Source: a virus
Taxonomy: Duplodnaviria; Caudoviricetes
DNA: 27,926 nt
IMG/VR virus record: IMGVR_UViG_3300020159_000294
Location: 1 to 27,926 of that record
Direction: 5' to 3' (one strand)
Position numbers and translations under genes: made by a program. How positions within the stretch are numbered: the first letter of the stretch is position 1; every line of letters begins with the position of its first letter. A model generated the notes under the pieces. It was given only the letters and a program-made list of their open reading frames with translations. It did not search any database and was not told where the DNA came from. Positions 18,389-26,659 of this stretch are shown in pieces.

Positions 18389-18880
18389 ATGGCACTATTT
18401 GGATCAGCTCGCGATATCAGAATGTTTAAATCGACTACAAGAGAGTTGGTTGAGGACATTGTGTCTCAACAGATTGGCTACTATAAGATAAAGCTAGGCG
18501 ACACTAAGCCCAATGTATACGGTGAGTCTATGACTAAGTACTTCATTGGACCTGTATTAATGTCTTGCTTGATAGAGAGAGGAGACTTTGATGTAGAAGG
18601 AACAGACTATGGACCGGACGCAGTCAGGAAAGTAGACTTTAGGTTCTTCAGAGATCATCTAGTTGAGGCTAACGTATTCCCTGAAATAGGCGATGTTATA
18701 ATGTATAATGAAGACTATTATGAAGTAGATAACGTGAATGAGAATCAGCTAATCTTGGGCAAAAACCCTGACTATTCTTATTCAGCTGGTCTTGAAAACT
18801 TCGGTCAATCTTATTCTATTATATTAAACACTCACTACTCAAGCCCTGATAAGCTTGGTATAACACAAGAACGATTGTAA
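18389..18880 (+). CDS. head closure / neck protein (T4 gp14-like)
   Basis: NVYGES and PEIGDVIMYNEDYYEVDNV beta pattern; position after the gp13-like gene. Confidence 0.65.
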   Translation: MALFGSARDIRMFKSTTRELVEDIVSQQIGYYKIKLGDTKPNVYGESMTKYFIGPVLMSCLIERGDFDVEGTDYGPDAVRKVDFRFFRDHLVEANVFPEIGDVIMYNEDYYEVDNVNENQLILGKNPDYSYSAGLENFGQSYSIILNTHYSSPDKLGITQERL

Positions 18881-20145
18881 TGGCAATACAAGTAGTTAGA
18901 CCAACCAATAGGACTGAGTTCATGAACAAACTCGTCGAACCCTACGACACTAAGGTAGGTAACCCTAATGTAGTATTCTCTGAACCGGCTAAGCTAGGTC
19001 AGCCAGAGAACAACAGAGCATTAGAGATTAGTGAGAGAACAGACTGGGACAAGGACTTTACTATCGGCATCAAGGATATAGATGAGGCCGTAATGCATTA
19101 CTTTAACAACGTACTCAAGCTAGCAGTTGTACAAAACAACTCTAAGCTAACTGTGCCTATTATATACGGTACGCCTGAGAACTGGAAGGCTGTACAGAAT
19201 GATGGCTACTATCGTGATGAGAATGGTAAGATGATGGCACCACTAATTATGTTTAAACGTACATCAGTTAGCCAGAATCGTAACCTTGGCAATAAGCTAG
19301 ACGGTAACATGGTTCATAATGTGCAGATGTTTGAGAAGACATTCAGTAAGCGCAACGTCTATAACAACTTTGCCGTACTTAATAATCGTAACCCTGAAAA
19401 GAAGTACGTAGTATCAGCTACACCTGACTACGTAACTGTTGAGTACCAGTGTATAGTTTGGACTTACTTTGTTGAACAGATGGATAAGCTTATAGAACAG
19501 CTTAATTTCGCATCCAGAAGCTACTGGGGTGATCCTAACCGCTTCCAGTTCTATAGTTCCATAGATTCATTCGAGGACTCAATAACGTACAGCGTAGGCG
19601 AGAATAGAGCGGTCAGGACAAACTTTACTATTAGCTTAAACGGCTACTTAATTCCTGATAGTCTTAACCGAAAGCTAGCATCTCCAACAAATGTATATGG
19701 TATATCCCAAGTTGTGTTTGGCCTAGAGACTACAGGTGATGAGCCTAAGACAGGACAGAAAGTTAAGACTGTTAATGGAAAGAGCTTGGCTAAGACTATA
19801 GTGTCAGATGGTATAAACAAGACCATAACTCAGAACATATACCTACCTATCGATGCTGCTGTGTCTGCTTACATACTTAACAATACTCAGCTAGTGGCTA
19901 CGTATAATAGCCCTACTCAAGTAACGTTTAATAAGGGTTGGGCAACTGCACCATCACCATTACCAGCTAACTCACTGTCTAACTTTGTCTTCTTTGTCAA
20001 TGGCGTATACATAGAACCTACTAGTATTACTAGCTTCACTGATAATGGTACTAGTTCTACCTTGATCATTAATCCTACTCTACTAGGCTATAGTTTTGAA
20101 TCTTCTGACTTGATAATTGGCGTAGGTAAATTTAATCAATCTTAA
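18880..20145 (+). CDS. tail completion/terminator protein (T4 gp15-like) with C-terminal extra domain
   Basis: VPIIYGTPENW, PLIMFKR, PDYVTVEYQCIVWT...QMDKLIEQ and FTISLNGYLIP resemble gp15; the last ~95 aa are paralogous to the next ORF. Confidence 0.7.
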   Translation: MAIQVVRPTNRTEFMNKLVEPYDTKVGNPNVVFSEPAKLGQPENNRALEISERTDWDKDFTIGIKDIDEAVMHYFNNVLKLAVVQNNSKLTVPIIYGTPENWKAVQNDGYYRDENGKMMAPLIMFKRTSVSQNRNLGNKLDGNMVHNVQMFEKTFSKRNVYNNFAVLNNRNPEKKYVVSATPDYVTVEYQCIVWTYFVEQMDKLIEQLNFASRSYWGDPNRFQFYSSIDSFEDSITYSVGENRAVRTNFTISLNGYLIPDSLNRKLASPTNVYGISQVVFGLETTGDEPKTGQKVKTVNGKSLAKTIVSDGINKTITQNIYLPIDAAVSAYILNNTQLVATYNSPTQVTFNKGWATAPSPLPANSLSNFVFFVNGVYIEPTSITSFTDNGTSSTLIINPTLLGYSFESSDLIIGVGKFNQS

Positions 20146-20147
20146 CT

Positions 20148-20495
20148 ATGAACCCTAGGCAGTTTAGTACAAATATCGTCTTTAACACCGTTAATCTACC
20201 TGATGTAGACCCACCGGCAGCTTTGTACTTTAACAATCAGAAGACACTTTTAGGTACGTATGTTAATAGTACTACGGCTACATTTGATAAAGGCTTTGCT
20301 GTACCACCTAACGGTCTACCAGCTCCTACAGCAGACAACTTTGACTTCTATATCAATGGCACCTTGGTAGAAAGGCTAGGCATAGTATCGTTTACTGACA
20401 ACGTAACTACATCGACCTTAGTCATTAATCCTACTGTGCTAGGGTTTTCACTTGAGGCATCAGACAAGATCATATCAATAGGTAAATTTAACTAA
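20148..20495 (+). CDS. small virion protein, paralog of the gp15-like C-terminal domain
   Basis: Aligns by eye with the preceding C-terminus (F.KG...P..LP.....NF.F..NG...E...I.SFTDN...STL.INPT.LG.S.E.SD.II..GKFN). Confidence 0.75.
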   Translation: MNPRQFSTNIVFNTVNLPDVDPPAALYFNNQKTLLGTYVNSTTATFDKGFAVPPNGLPAPTADNFDFYINGTLVERLGIVSFTDNVTTSTLVINPTVLGFSLEASDKIISIGKFN

Positions 20496-20496
20496 C

Positions 20497-20715
20497 ATGG
20501 CAAGAGTAAAGCTTAAACAGATATTATCTAACTTACAATATAACGAGGCTAATTCACAGCTCATACTAAGTGGTAGCCAACAAACTGACTTTATTATATC
20601 AGGTTCTACTGTAGTGACTTCGACTCCTACTAGAACAGGTTCATTTACTATCAGAGACATAGACTCATTTGGTGATTCTGGCTCATATTACACTGTTGAT
20701 TTAGGCGACTACTAA
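20497..20715 (+). CDS. small virion protein (72 aa) ending VDLGDY
   Basis: Fills the gap on the + strand, has four [ST]GS motifs and a C-terminal DxGxY motif. Confidence 0.65.
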   Translation: MARVKLKQILSNLQYNEANSQLILSGSQQTDFIISGSTVVTSTPTRTGSFTIRDIDSFGDSGSYYTVDLGDY

Positions 20716-20723
20716 TATTTATT
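20715..20723 (+). promoter_or_regulatory. putative late promoter box ATATTTATT upstream of fibre B
   Basis: Recurring motif overlapping the upstream stop codon. Confidence 0.6.
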
Positions 20724-20777
20724 ACTAGCTACATAGCTACAGATACATATAGTACATACTAAACCAACAAAGGACAT

Positions 20778-23700
20778 ATGTCAAATCAATTCCTTAAGCT
20801 ACGCAGGTCTGCAGTACCTGGTAGAGTTCCTAGCACATCTTCTATCGATTTTGGTGAGATAGCACTCAATACATTTGATGGACTAGCCTTTATTAAGAGG
20901 TCAGGTTCATTAGGTGAAGAGGTTATTACTTTAGGCTCTAGAGAAGGTGCATTTACAGGATCATTTTCTGGTTCATTTGTTGGTAACGGTGCAGGACTAT
21001 TTAACGTTCCGGCATCAGGTATTGTAGGACTAAATCTATCTCAAATTGCTACTGGCTCTGTTAGTGCTAGTGTTGGTATTGGTGCTAGCTCATTTAGTGT
21101 AGTTAGTGGCTCTAGTACATTCTTATATGTATCTTCATCTGGTAATGTAGGTATTGGTAGTAGTACTCCGACGGCTCCTTTATTTATAGAAAGAAATCAT
21201 AATAATGTAACTGGAATTGTAATATCAAATAATAATGCAGGTACAGGAGCAAATCCTTACTTACAGTTATTAAGTGACGCAACAGCAGGACAAGCACAAG
21301 TATTTAAATACTCATCAGGAAGAACACCATATAAAACAATAGCTGCATCAGACTTTGGACATTACAATGCAACAGCAGGTGATATATCATTTTTAAATGA
21401 CGCTACAACAGGTAACATTAAATTTGCAGCAGGTGGTTCTTCTACTCCTCAAATGTTTATATCTTCATCTGGTAATGTAGGGATTGGGACTAATGTACCT
21501 GCATATAAACTAACAGTAACAGGTTCAGGAACTGTAGCCGCTTTTTATGGTAATGGTTCAGCTACTGCTGCTATACAAGTTGGTGGTGGTGAGCTTGGTA
21601 CTTTATTTATAGAGAATCAAACAAATGGTGGTGGTAGCGGTATAAACATATACACTCAAAGAGGCAATACTAGCTTTAATATAGGATATAGAACTACAAG
21701 TGGAGCTAATGGAGGACCTATCAATATAGGTAATCTAACTTCGTATGCTGCCGGTAATATTAACTTTTTACAGAACGGCTCTACCAAAGTCATAATAGAC
21801 ACATCAGGAAATGTAGGTATAAATACTACTTCTCCAACCGCAAGGCTAGATGTGTCTGGATCTAGTCGATTCATAGGTGACATGGTCATTACTGGTTCTG
21901 GTAATACTAGTGCTACTAATGCATTGACTGTTAATAACAGTAGTAATAGTTCTTTATTAACTATAGATAATGCTGGAAGAACAACTGTAAACGAATTTAC
22001 AGCAACTGGAACAACTATTACTATTGGTAGTGTTGGAGCCGTTGTTCAAATAGTAGGTTCATACAATAACTATATTACGGCTAATAGGCTTCACTTTTAT
22101 TCAGCAGCTACAAATATAAGAGGTACATTTTTTGGAGGACAAGGAATTATTGTGTCTAAAAATACAGGCGCTGGGGATTTATACCCGTCTTCTATATTTG
22201 CTATTGATTCAACAAATCAGGGTTTTCTTACCCCAAGAATGACTGCTGCTCAAAGACTAGCTATTACAACTCCTGCTCAAGGTCTAATAGTCTATGATAC
22301 AGGTTCAGCTACAGAAGGTCTATGGCTCTATAACAGTGGTTCAACCCCAGGTTGGCAACAAGTATTAACTAACTCAGGCTCTCAATCAATATCAGGTTCA
22401 ATAACTGTAAATAGTATTACAGTCACAGGAACATTAACTGCACAAACTATTGTAGCTCAAACTATAACCTCTAGTACAGACTATGTATCTGGGTCTACTA
22501 TCTTTGGGAACAGCCTAAGTAATACCCATCAGTTTACTGGCTCTGTTAGTATTACTGGTAGCTTGAGTGTGAATGGTGGAGCAGTACCTTTAGGTTCAGG
22601 AGCTGCAGGACAAGTCGCAGTATGGTCAGGTAGCAGCACTATAAGCGGTAGTAATAACTTGTATTGGGATATTACTAATAGTAGGTTGGGGATTGGAACG
22701 ACTACGCCCAGTGCACCGTTAAATGTAAGTCTAAGTAATGGAACTTTGGCACGATTTACAACTGGTACAACTGGAAACGTGCTTATTGAAAAAATACAAA
22801 CACCAGGTGGAATAGATGGTCCTATTCTTTCATTTGCAAGAGCAGACGGAACTTTTCCAAGTAGTCCATCAAATGTTCAGATAAATAGAGGACTTGGTGT
22901 TATAGATTTTTACGGATACTTTACAGGTGATTATAGGGCAGCAGGTAGTATAAAGTCCTTTGTTGACGGCACTGCATTAGCTACGTCAATGCCTATGCGT
23001 CTTGAATTTTTAACGTCAACTGATGGTACTATTACACCAACAGTGAAGATGACGTTAAAGAATAATGGTAACTTGATTCTTCAAAACGGAGGCACATTCA
23101 CTGACTCTAGTAACCGCCTCCAAGTCTATGGTAGCACATTCCTAAGTGGTAGTGTGACAGGTAGTGATATGTTGATTAGAGGTTCAGGTAATAGTAGCGG
23201 TACAACTGCGTTGACGGTGCAGAATAGTTCAAGTATTCCAATTTTGATTTTAAGAAATGACGCAGAAGTACTTATTGGCAATAACAGTTGGTTGGCTATT
23301 GGCAACGGGCAACGTTATTTTTACAGATATTTAAACAATACAGGTATATTTTCAATAGCAAATGATTCAACTACAAGTACAGTTATAAATTTATATGGAA
23401 GTAGTCATGCCACAAAACCAAGTACTACCGAAATAACAAGTAATTTTGCTCCAACAAGTGGTACTACACAGCATTCTACTTTAGCACTACTTCCTAATAT
23501 TAGCCAATCAGGTGGAGCTAATGGTACTACTCGCGGTCTATACGTTAATCCTACTCTAACAGCAAATGCAGACTTTAGAGCAATAGAATGGTCTAACAAC
23601 ATATCTGGTTCTACTAGCTGGGGATTATATGGTGCTGGTACAGCTCCTAACTTCTTATCTGGTAGCTTAAGCATAGGCACCACATCATCAATAGCTCCAC

Positions 23701-24398
23701 TACACGTATTCTCAACTGGAAATCAATTAGCATACTTTGCTTCAACTAACGCATATATTAGACTGTATTCATCTCAAGCCAATAGACATGCTATTATTGA
23801 GCAATCAGGAGATACTGCTGGTTTTGGTTCACAAAGTACTAGAGTCATAATAGGAACTTTCTACGGTAATGGAGTTAGCGTAGCAGCAGGTAACCAATTA
23901 AACATCAATAATGCTTTAGTTGGTATAGGAACTCTAGCGCAAACAGCAAAAGTACATATAGTTTCAACAGGATCAGGCTCAGCATCAACGGCACTACTTA
24001 TACAGAATAGCGCTGCGTCTAACTTACTTTCAGTACTTGATAATGGTAACACCTTCATCAGTGGCACCCTAGACATACTAGATGCAGAGATCAACTACCA
24101 AAGGAATAACAACGTAACTACCGGTTCAGCTAGACTAATAGCATCAATCCCAACAGCATCACTAAACGCAGCATTCTTTGACTACGTAATAGTATCAGGA
24201 TCTAATGCTAGAGCTGGTACAGTAACATCTGTTTGGGCTAGCTCATCTGTAGAATGGAATGAGACTTATACTAACGATATTGGTTCAACAACAGACGTAT
24301 CGTTGTATGCAGCCATAACAGGTAGTAGTATAGGCTTGTTTGCTACATCATCAATAAACAACATTTGGACTATTAAATCACTCATTAGAACAATATAA
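20778..24398 (+). CDS. mosaic fibre protein B with Mtd-N-like N-terminal module
   Basis: N-terminus LKLRRSAVPGRVPSTSSIDFGEIALNTFDGLAFIK; repeated SSSGNVGIG/RLGIGT modules; shares blocks with fibres A and C; C-terminal beta domain (FFDYVIVSGSNARAGT...DIGST). Confidence 0.8.
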   Translation: MSNQFLKLRRSAVPGRVPSTSSIDFGEIALNTFDGLAFIKRSGSLGEEVITLGSREGAFTGSFSGSFVGNGAGLFNVPASGIVGLNLSQIATGSVSASVGIGASSFSVVSGSSTFLYVSSSGNVGIGSSTPTAPLFIERNHNNVTGIVISNNNAGTGANPYLQLLSDATAGQAQVFKYSSGRTPYKTIAASDFGHYNATAGDISFLNDATTGNIKFAAGGSSTPQMFISSSGNVGIGTNVPAYKLTVTGSGTVAAFYGNGSATAAIQVGGGELGTLFIENQTNGGGSGINIYTQRGNTSFNIGYRTTSGANGGPINIGNLTSYAAGNINFLQNGSTKVIIDTSGNVGINTTSPTARLDVSGSSRFIGDMVITGSGNTSATNALTVNNSSNSSLLTIDNAGRTTVNEFTATGTTITIGSVGAVVQIVGSYNNYITANRLHFYSAATNIRGTFFGGQGIIVSKNTGAGDLYPSSIFAIDSTNQGFLTPRMTAAQRLAITTPAQGLIVYDTGSATEGLWLYNSGSTPGWQQVLTNSGSQSISGSITVNSITVTGTLTAQTIVAQTITSSTDYVSGSTIFGNSLSNTHQFTGSVSITGSLSVNGGAVPLGSGAAGQVAVWSGSSTISGSNNLYWDITNSRLGIGTTTPSAPLNVSLSNGTLARFTTGTTGNVLIEKIQTPGGIDGPILSFARADGTFPSSPSNVQINRGLGVIDFYGYFTGDYRAAGSIKSFVDGTALATSMPMRLEFLTSTDGTITPTVKMTLKNNGNLILQNGGTFTDSSNRLQVYGSTFLSGSVTGSDMLIRGSGNSSGTTALTVQNSSSIPILILRNDAEVLIGNNSWLAIGNGQRYFYRYLNNTGIFSIANDSTTSTVINLYGSSHATKPSTTEITSNFAPTSGTTQHSTLALLPNISQSGGANGTTRGLYVNPTLTANADFRAIEWSNNISGSTSWGLYGAGTAPNFLSGSLSIGTTSSIAPLHVFSTGNQLAYFASTNAYIRLYSSQANRHAIIEQSGDTAGFGSQSTRVIIGTFYGNGVSVAAGNQLNINNALVGIGTLAQTAKVHIVSTGSGSASTALLIQNSAASNLLSVLDNGNTFISGTLDILDAEINYQRNNNVTTGSARLIASIPTASLNAAFFDYVIVSGSNARAGTVTSVWASSSVEWNETYTNDIGSTTDVSLYAAITGSSIGLFATSSINNIWTIKSLIRTI
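21130..21481 (+). repeat. 22-bp in-frame direct repeat pair (21130-21151, 21460-21481)
   Basis: TATCTTCATCTGGTAATGTAGG twice, 330 bp apart; the first 15 nt also occur at 13988-14002 in fibre A. Confidence 0.85.
23603..23635 (+). repeat. 33-bp exact direct repeat, partner at 27400-27432
   Basis: ATCTGGTTCTACTAGCTGGGGATTATATGGTGC occurs in both fibre B and fibre C. Confidence 0.9.
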
Positions 24399-24402
24399 CG
24401 TT

Positions 24403-25119
24403 ATGGGATTTTATCGAGGGCCGAATATAGTAAAGGATGGTTTAGTATTGTGGTTAGATGCTGCTAACCCTAGGTCTTATCCTGGGTCTGGTACTGCTTG
24501 GAATGATATGTCTGGGAACAATAATAGTGGTAGCTTAGTGAATGGTCCTACATTTAGTAGTGCTAATTATGGCAGTATTGCTTTTGATGGAACTAACGAT
24601 ACCGTATCTGTTACTAAGCCCAATCCTAATGTAGCCGGGTATATATCGTTATGTACCTGGATAAAGTTTAATACCTATGATCCAGGCTCATCATCAGGAC
24701 CTGTAATTATACATAAGGGCAATCACTATACTTTCCAGATGAGATCGCAGGAGGGTACAGACTATTGGACTTACGCTGATTCTAGTCTTTATAATTATAT
24801 GACTTTTGGTTTTAGACAGGTGCCAGGATTATACCAAACAAATACATGGATGAATCTTGTAGTGACTAAAGACAGTTCAAATACTGTTAGACTATATAAA
24901 AATGGAGTATTATTAGACACTAGAGCCAGTTTTGGATCTACTCTGACGCAAACAAATAGTACGTTATTCCTATCAGGCTATAGTGATACAGATACTAATC
25001 CAACTACTAATTTACTTAATGGCAATATAGGCCAAGTACAAATATACAACCGAGCCCTCTCACCCCAAGAAGTAAAACAAAACTACGATGCTCTAAAAGG
25101 CAGATATAGCTTAATATAA
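24403..25119 (+). CDS. LamG/concanavalin A-like lectin-fold virion protein, paralog 1
   Basis: GLVLWLDAAN..SYPGSGT.W.DMSGN, FDGTND, W.NLVVT, LYKNG and IYNRALS.QEV.QNY.A.K.RY motifs. Confidence 0.85.
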   Translation: MGFYRGPNIVKDGLVLWLDAANPRSYPGSGTAWNDMSGNNNSGSLVNGPTFSSANYGSIAFDGTNDTVSVTKPNPNVAGYISLCTWIKFNTYDPGSSSGPVIIHKGNHYTFQMRSQEGTDYWTYADSSLYNYMTFGFRQVPGLYQTNTWMNLVVTKDSSNTVRLYKNGVLLDTRASFGSTLTQTNSTLFLSGYSDTDTNPTTNLLNGNIGQVQIYNRALSPQEVKQNYDALKGRYSLI

Positions 25120-25120
25120 T

Positions 25121-25825
25121 ATGGCAACATTTGGAGGAGCAAATATAGTGACTGATAACCTTGTATTGTGGCTTGACGCTGCAAACAGATCATCATATCC
25201 AGGCTCAGGTACTACTTGGAGAGATATGTCAGGTAACAATAATAATGGTACTTTGACTAATGGTCCTACGTTTAGTTCGGCTAATAATGGGTCGATTGTG
25301 TTTGATGGTGTTGATGATTATATTAATATACCCAATAATGCATCTGTTAATCCAGTATCTGAAATAACTATAAACCTTTGGTTAAATCCTACATCTTTAG
25401 AGACTAAAACTACAAGTGCTATAGTTTGTAGAAACATAATAACAGGTACAGCAGGGTATGATATATACATTAATAGTAGCGGCTCTATTAATTTTTTTAT
25501 TAGAACTAGCAATAATTCTAGCTTTTTTATAACATCTTCATTAAATTCTATACAAAATTCTAATTGGTATAATATAACTGCAACTTATACTAGTGCTAAT
25601 ACCAGGATTTATATTAACTCTTCTCTAAACTCAATCTCTACATCACAAACAGGAAATATAAATCAACCAACTATAGACGATTTAAGAATAGGTATGGATT
25701 GGAATACTGCTAGATGTTTTACTGGACGAATACCAACTACTCAAATCTACAACCGAGCCTTATCCCCATCAGAAGTACAACAAAACTATGACGCTCTCAA
25801 ATCACGTTATTTAAACCAATACTAA
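25121..25825 (+). CDS. LamG/concanavalin A-like lectin-fold virion protein, paralog 2
   Basis: Same N- and C-terminal motifs; FDGVDDYI, ITINLW, WYNITATY and IYINS. Confidence 0.85.
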   Translation: MATFGGANIVTDNLVLWLDAANRSSYPGSGTTWRDMSGNNNNGTLTNGPTFSSANNGSIVFDGVDDYINIPNNASVNPVSEITINLWLNPTSLETKTTSAIVCRNIITGTAGYDIYINSSGSINFFIRTSNNSSFFITSSLNSIQNSNWYNITATYTSANTRIYINSSLNSISTSQTGNINQPTIDDLRIGMDWNTARCFTGRIPTTQIYNRALSPSEVQQNYDALKSRYLNQY

Positions 25826-26595
25826 TGTTTACAGGACCAAATATAGTAAAGAATGGCTTAGTGCTATGGTTAGATGCAGCTAATACAAAGTCTTATCCAG
25901 GCTCAGGTACTACTTGGACTGATATGTCTGGGAATAACCGTAACTTTACACTAGTTAATGGTCCTACCTATAATTCAGCCAATGGGGGTTCAATTGTATT
26001 TGACGGGACTAATGATATAGCTACCTTGAATATAGCTAGTGATAATCCTATGAAGATACAGAACTTTATATTTGCTAATCACACATACGAGGTTTGGTTT
26101 AATCTATCTACTTTAACTCCGTCATTAGTTGATAATACTGAAGTCAATCAAGCATTAATAACATGGCCTGGGTACCATAATGGTATCTTTATTGGTAGAT
26201 CTAGTCCTACATCATCTGTAACATTAACAACAAACTTTTTATTTAATTCGACTTTAACAAACGCATTTTCCGTAACTACCGATGTTACAAACACACTTAG
26301 ACCAAATGCTTGGTTTTGCATTCATGATATTATAAACTATTCAGCTACACAAAGCCTAGCTTATATAAATGGTACTAACCTATATGTAACAGGATCTGTA
26401 CCTACATCTAGTATGACGTCTGCTCAAGGACCATTTCCAGACACTATTAATATAGGAGGCGCATCAGTTACTAGTAATTACAAATCACTAATGCAAAACG
26501 GTAGAATAGCTTGTGTAAGATTATATAACCGAGCCTTATCAGCATCAGAAGTACAACAAAACTATAATGCCACAAAAGCACGTTTCGGCTTATAA
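25825..26595 (+). CDS. LamG/concanavalin A-like lectin-fold virion protein, paralog 3
   Basis: Same N- and C-terminal motifs; TYEVWF, AYING and LYNRALSASEVQQNYNA. Confidence 0.85.
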   Translation: MFTGPNIVKNGLVLWLDAANTKSYPGSGTTWTDMSGNNRNFTLVNGPTYNSANGGSIVFDGTNDIATLNIASDNPMKIQNFIFANHTYEVWFNLSTLTPSLVDNTEVNQALITWPGYHNGIFIGRSSPTSSVTLTTNFLFNSTLTNAFSVTTDVTNTLRPNAWFCIHDIINYSATQSLAYINGTNLYVTGSVPTSSMTSAQGPFPDTINIGGASVTSNYKSLMQNGRIACVRLYNRALSASEVQQNYNATKARFGL

Positions 26596-26611
26596 ATAGT
26601 TACGCTATACT

Positions 26612-26620
26612 ATATTTATT
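26612..26620 (+). promoter_or_regulatory. putative late promoter box ATATTTATT upstream of fibre C
   Basis: Recurring motif, followed immediately by a hairpin leader. Confidence 0.6.
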
Positions 26621-26659
26621 ATTGTCCCTTTTGGACAATGAAAAAAGGACACTAAAAAG

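Noticed and set aside
26591-26598. Canonical T4 late promoter TATAAATA
   Set aside because: It overlaps a Leu codon and TAA stop, and is not repeated in other gaps except within the 1231-1242 palindrome. ATATTTAT is the consistent motif.
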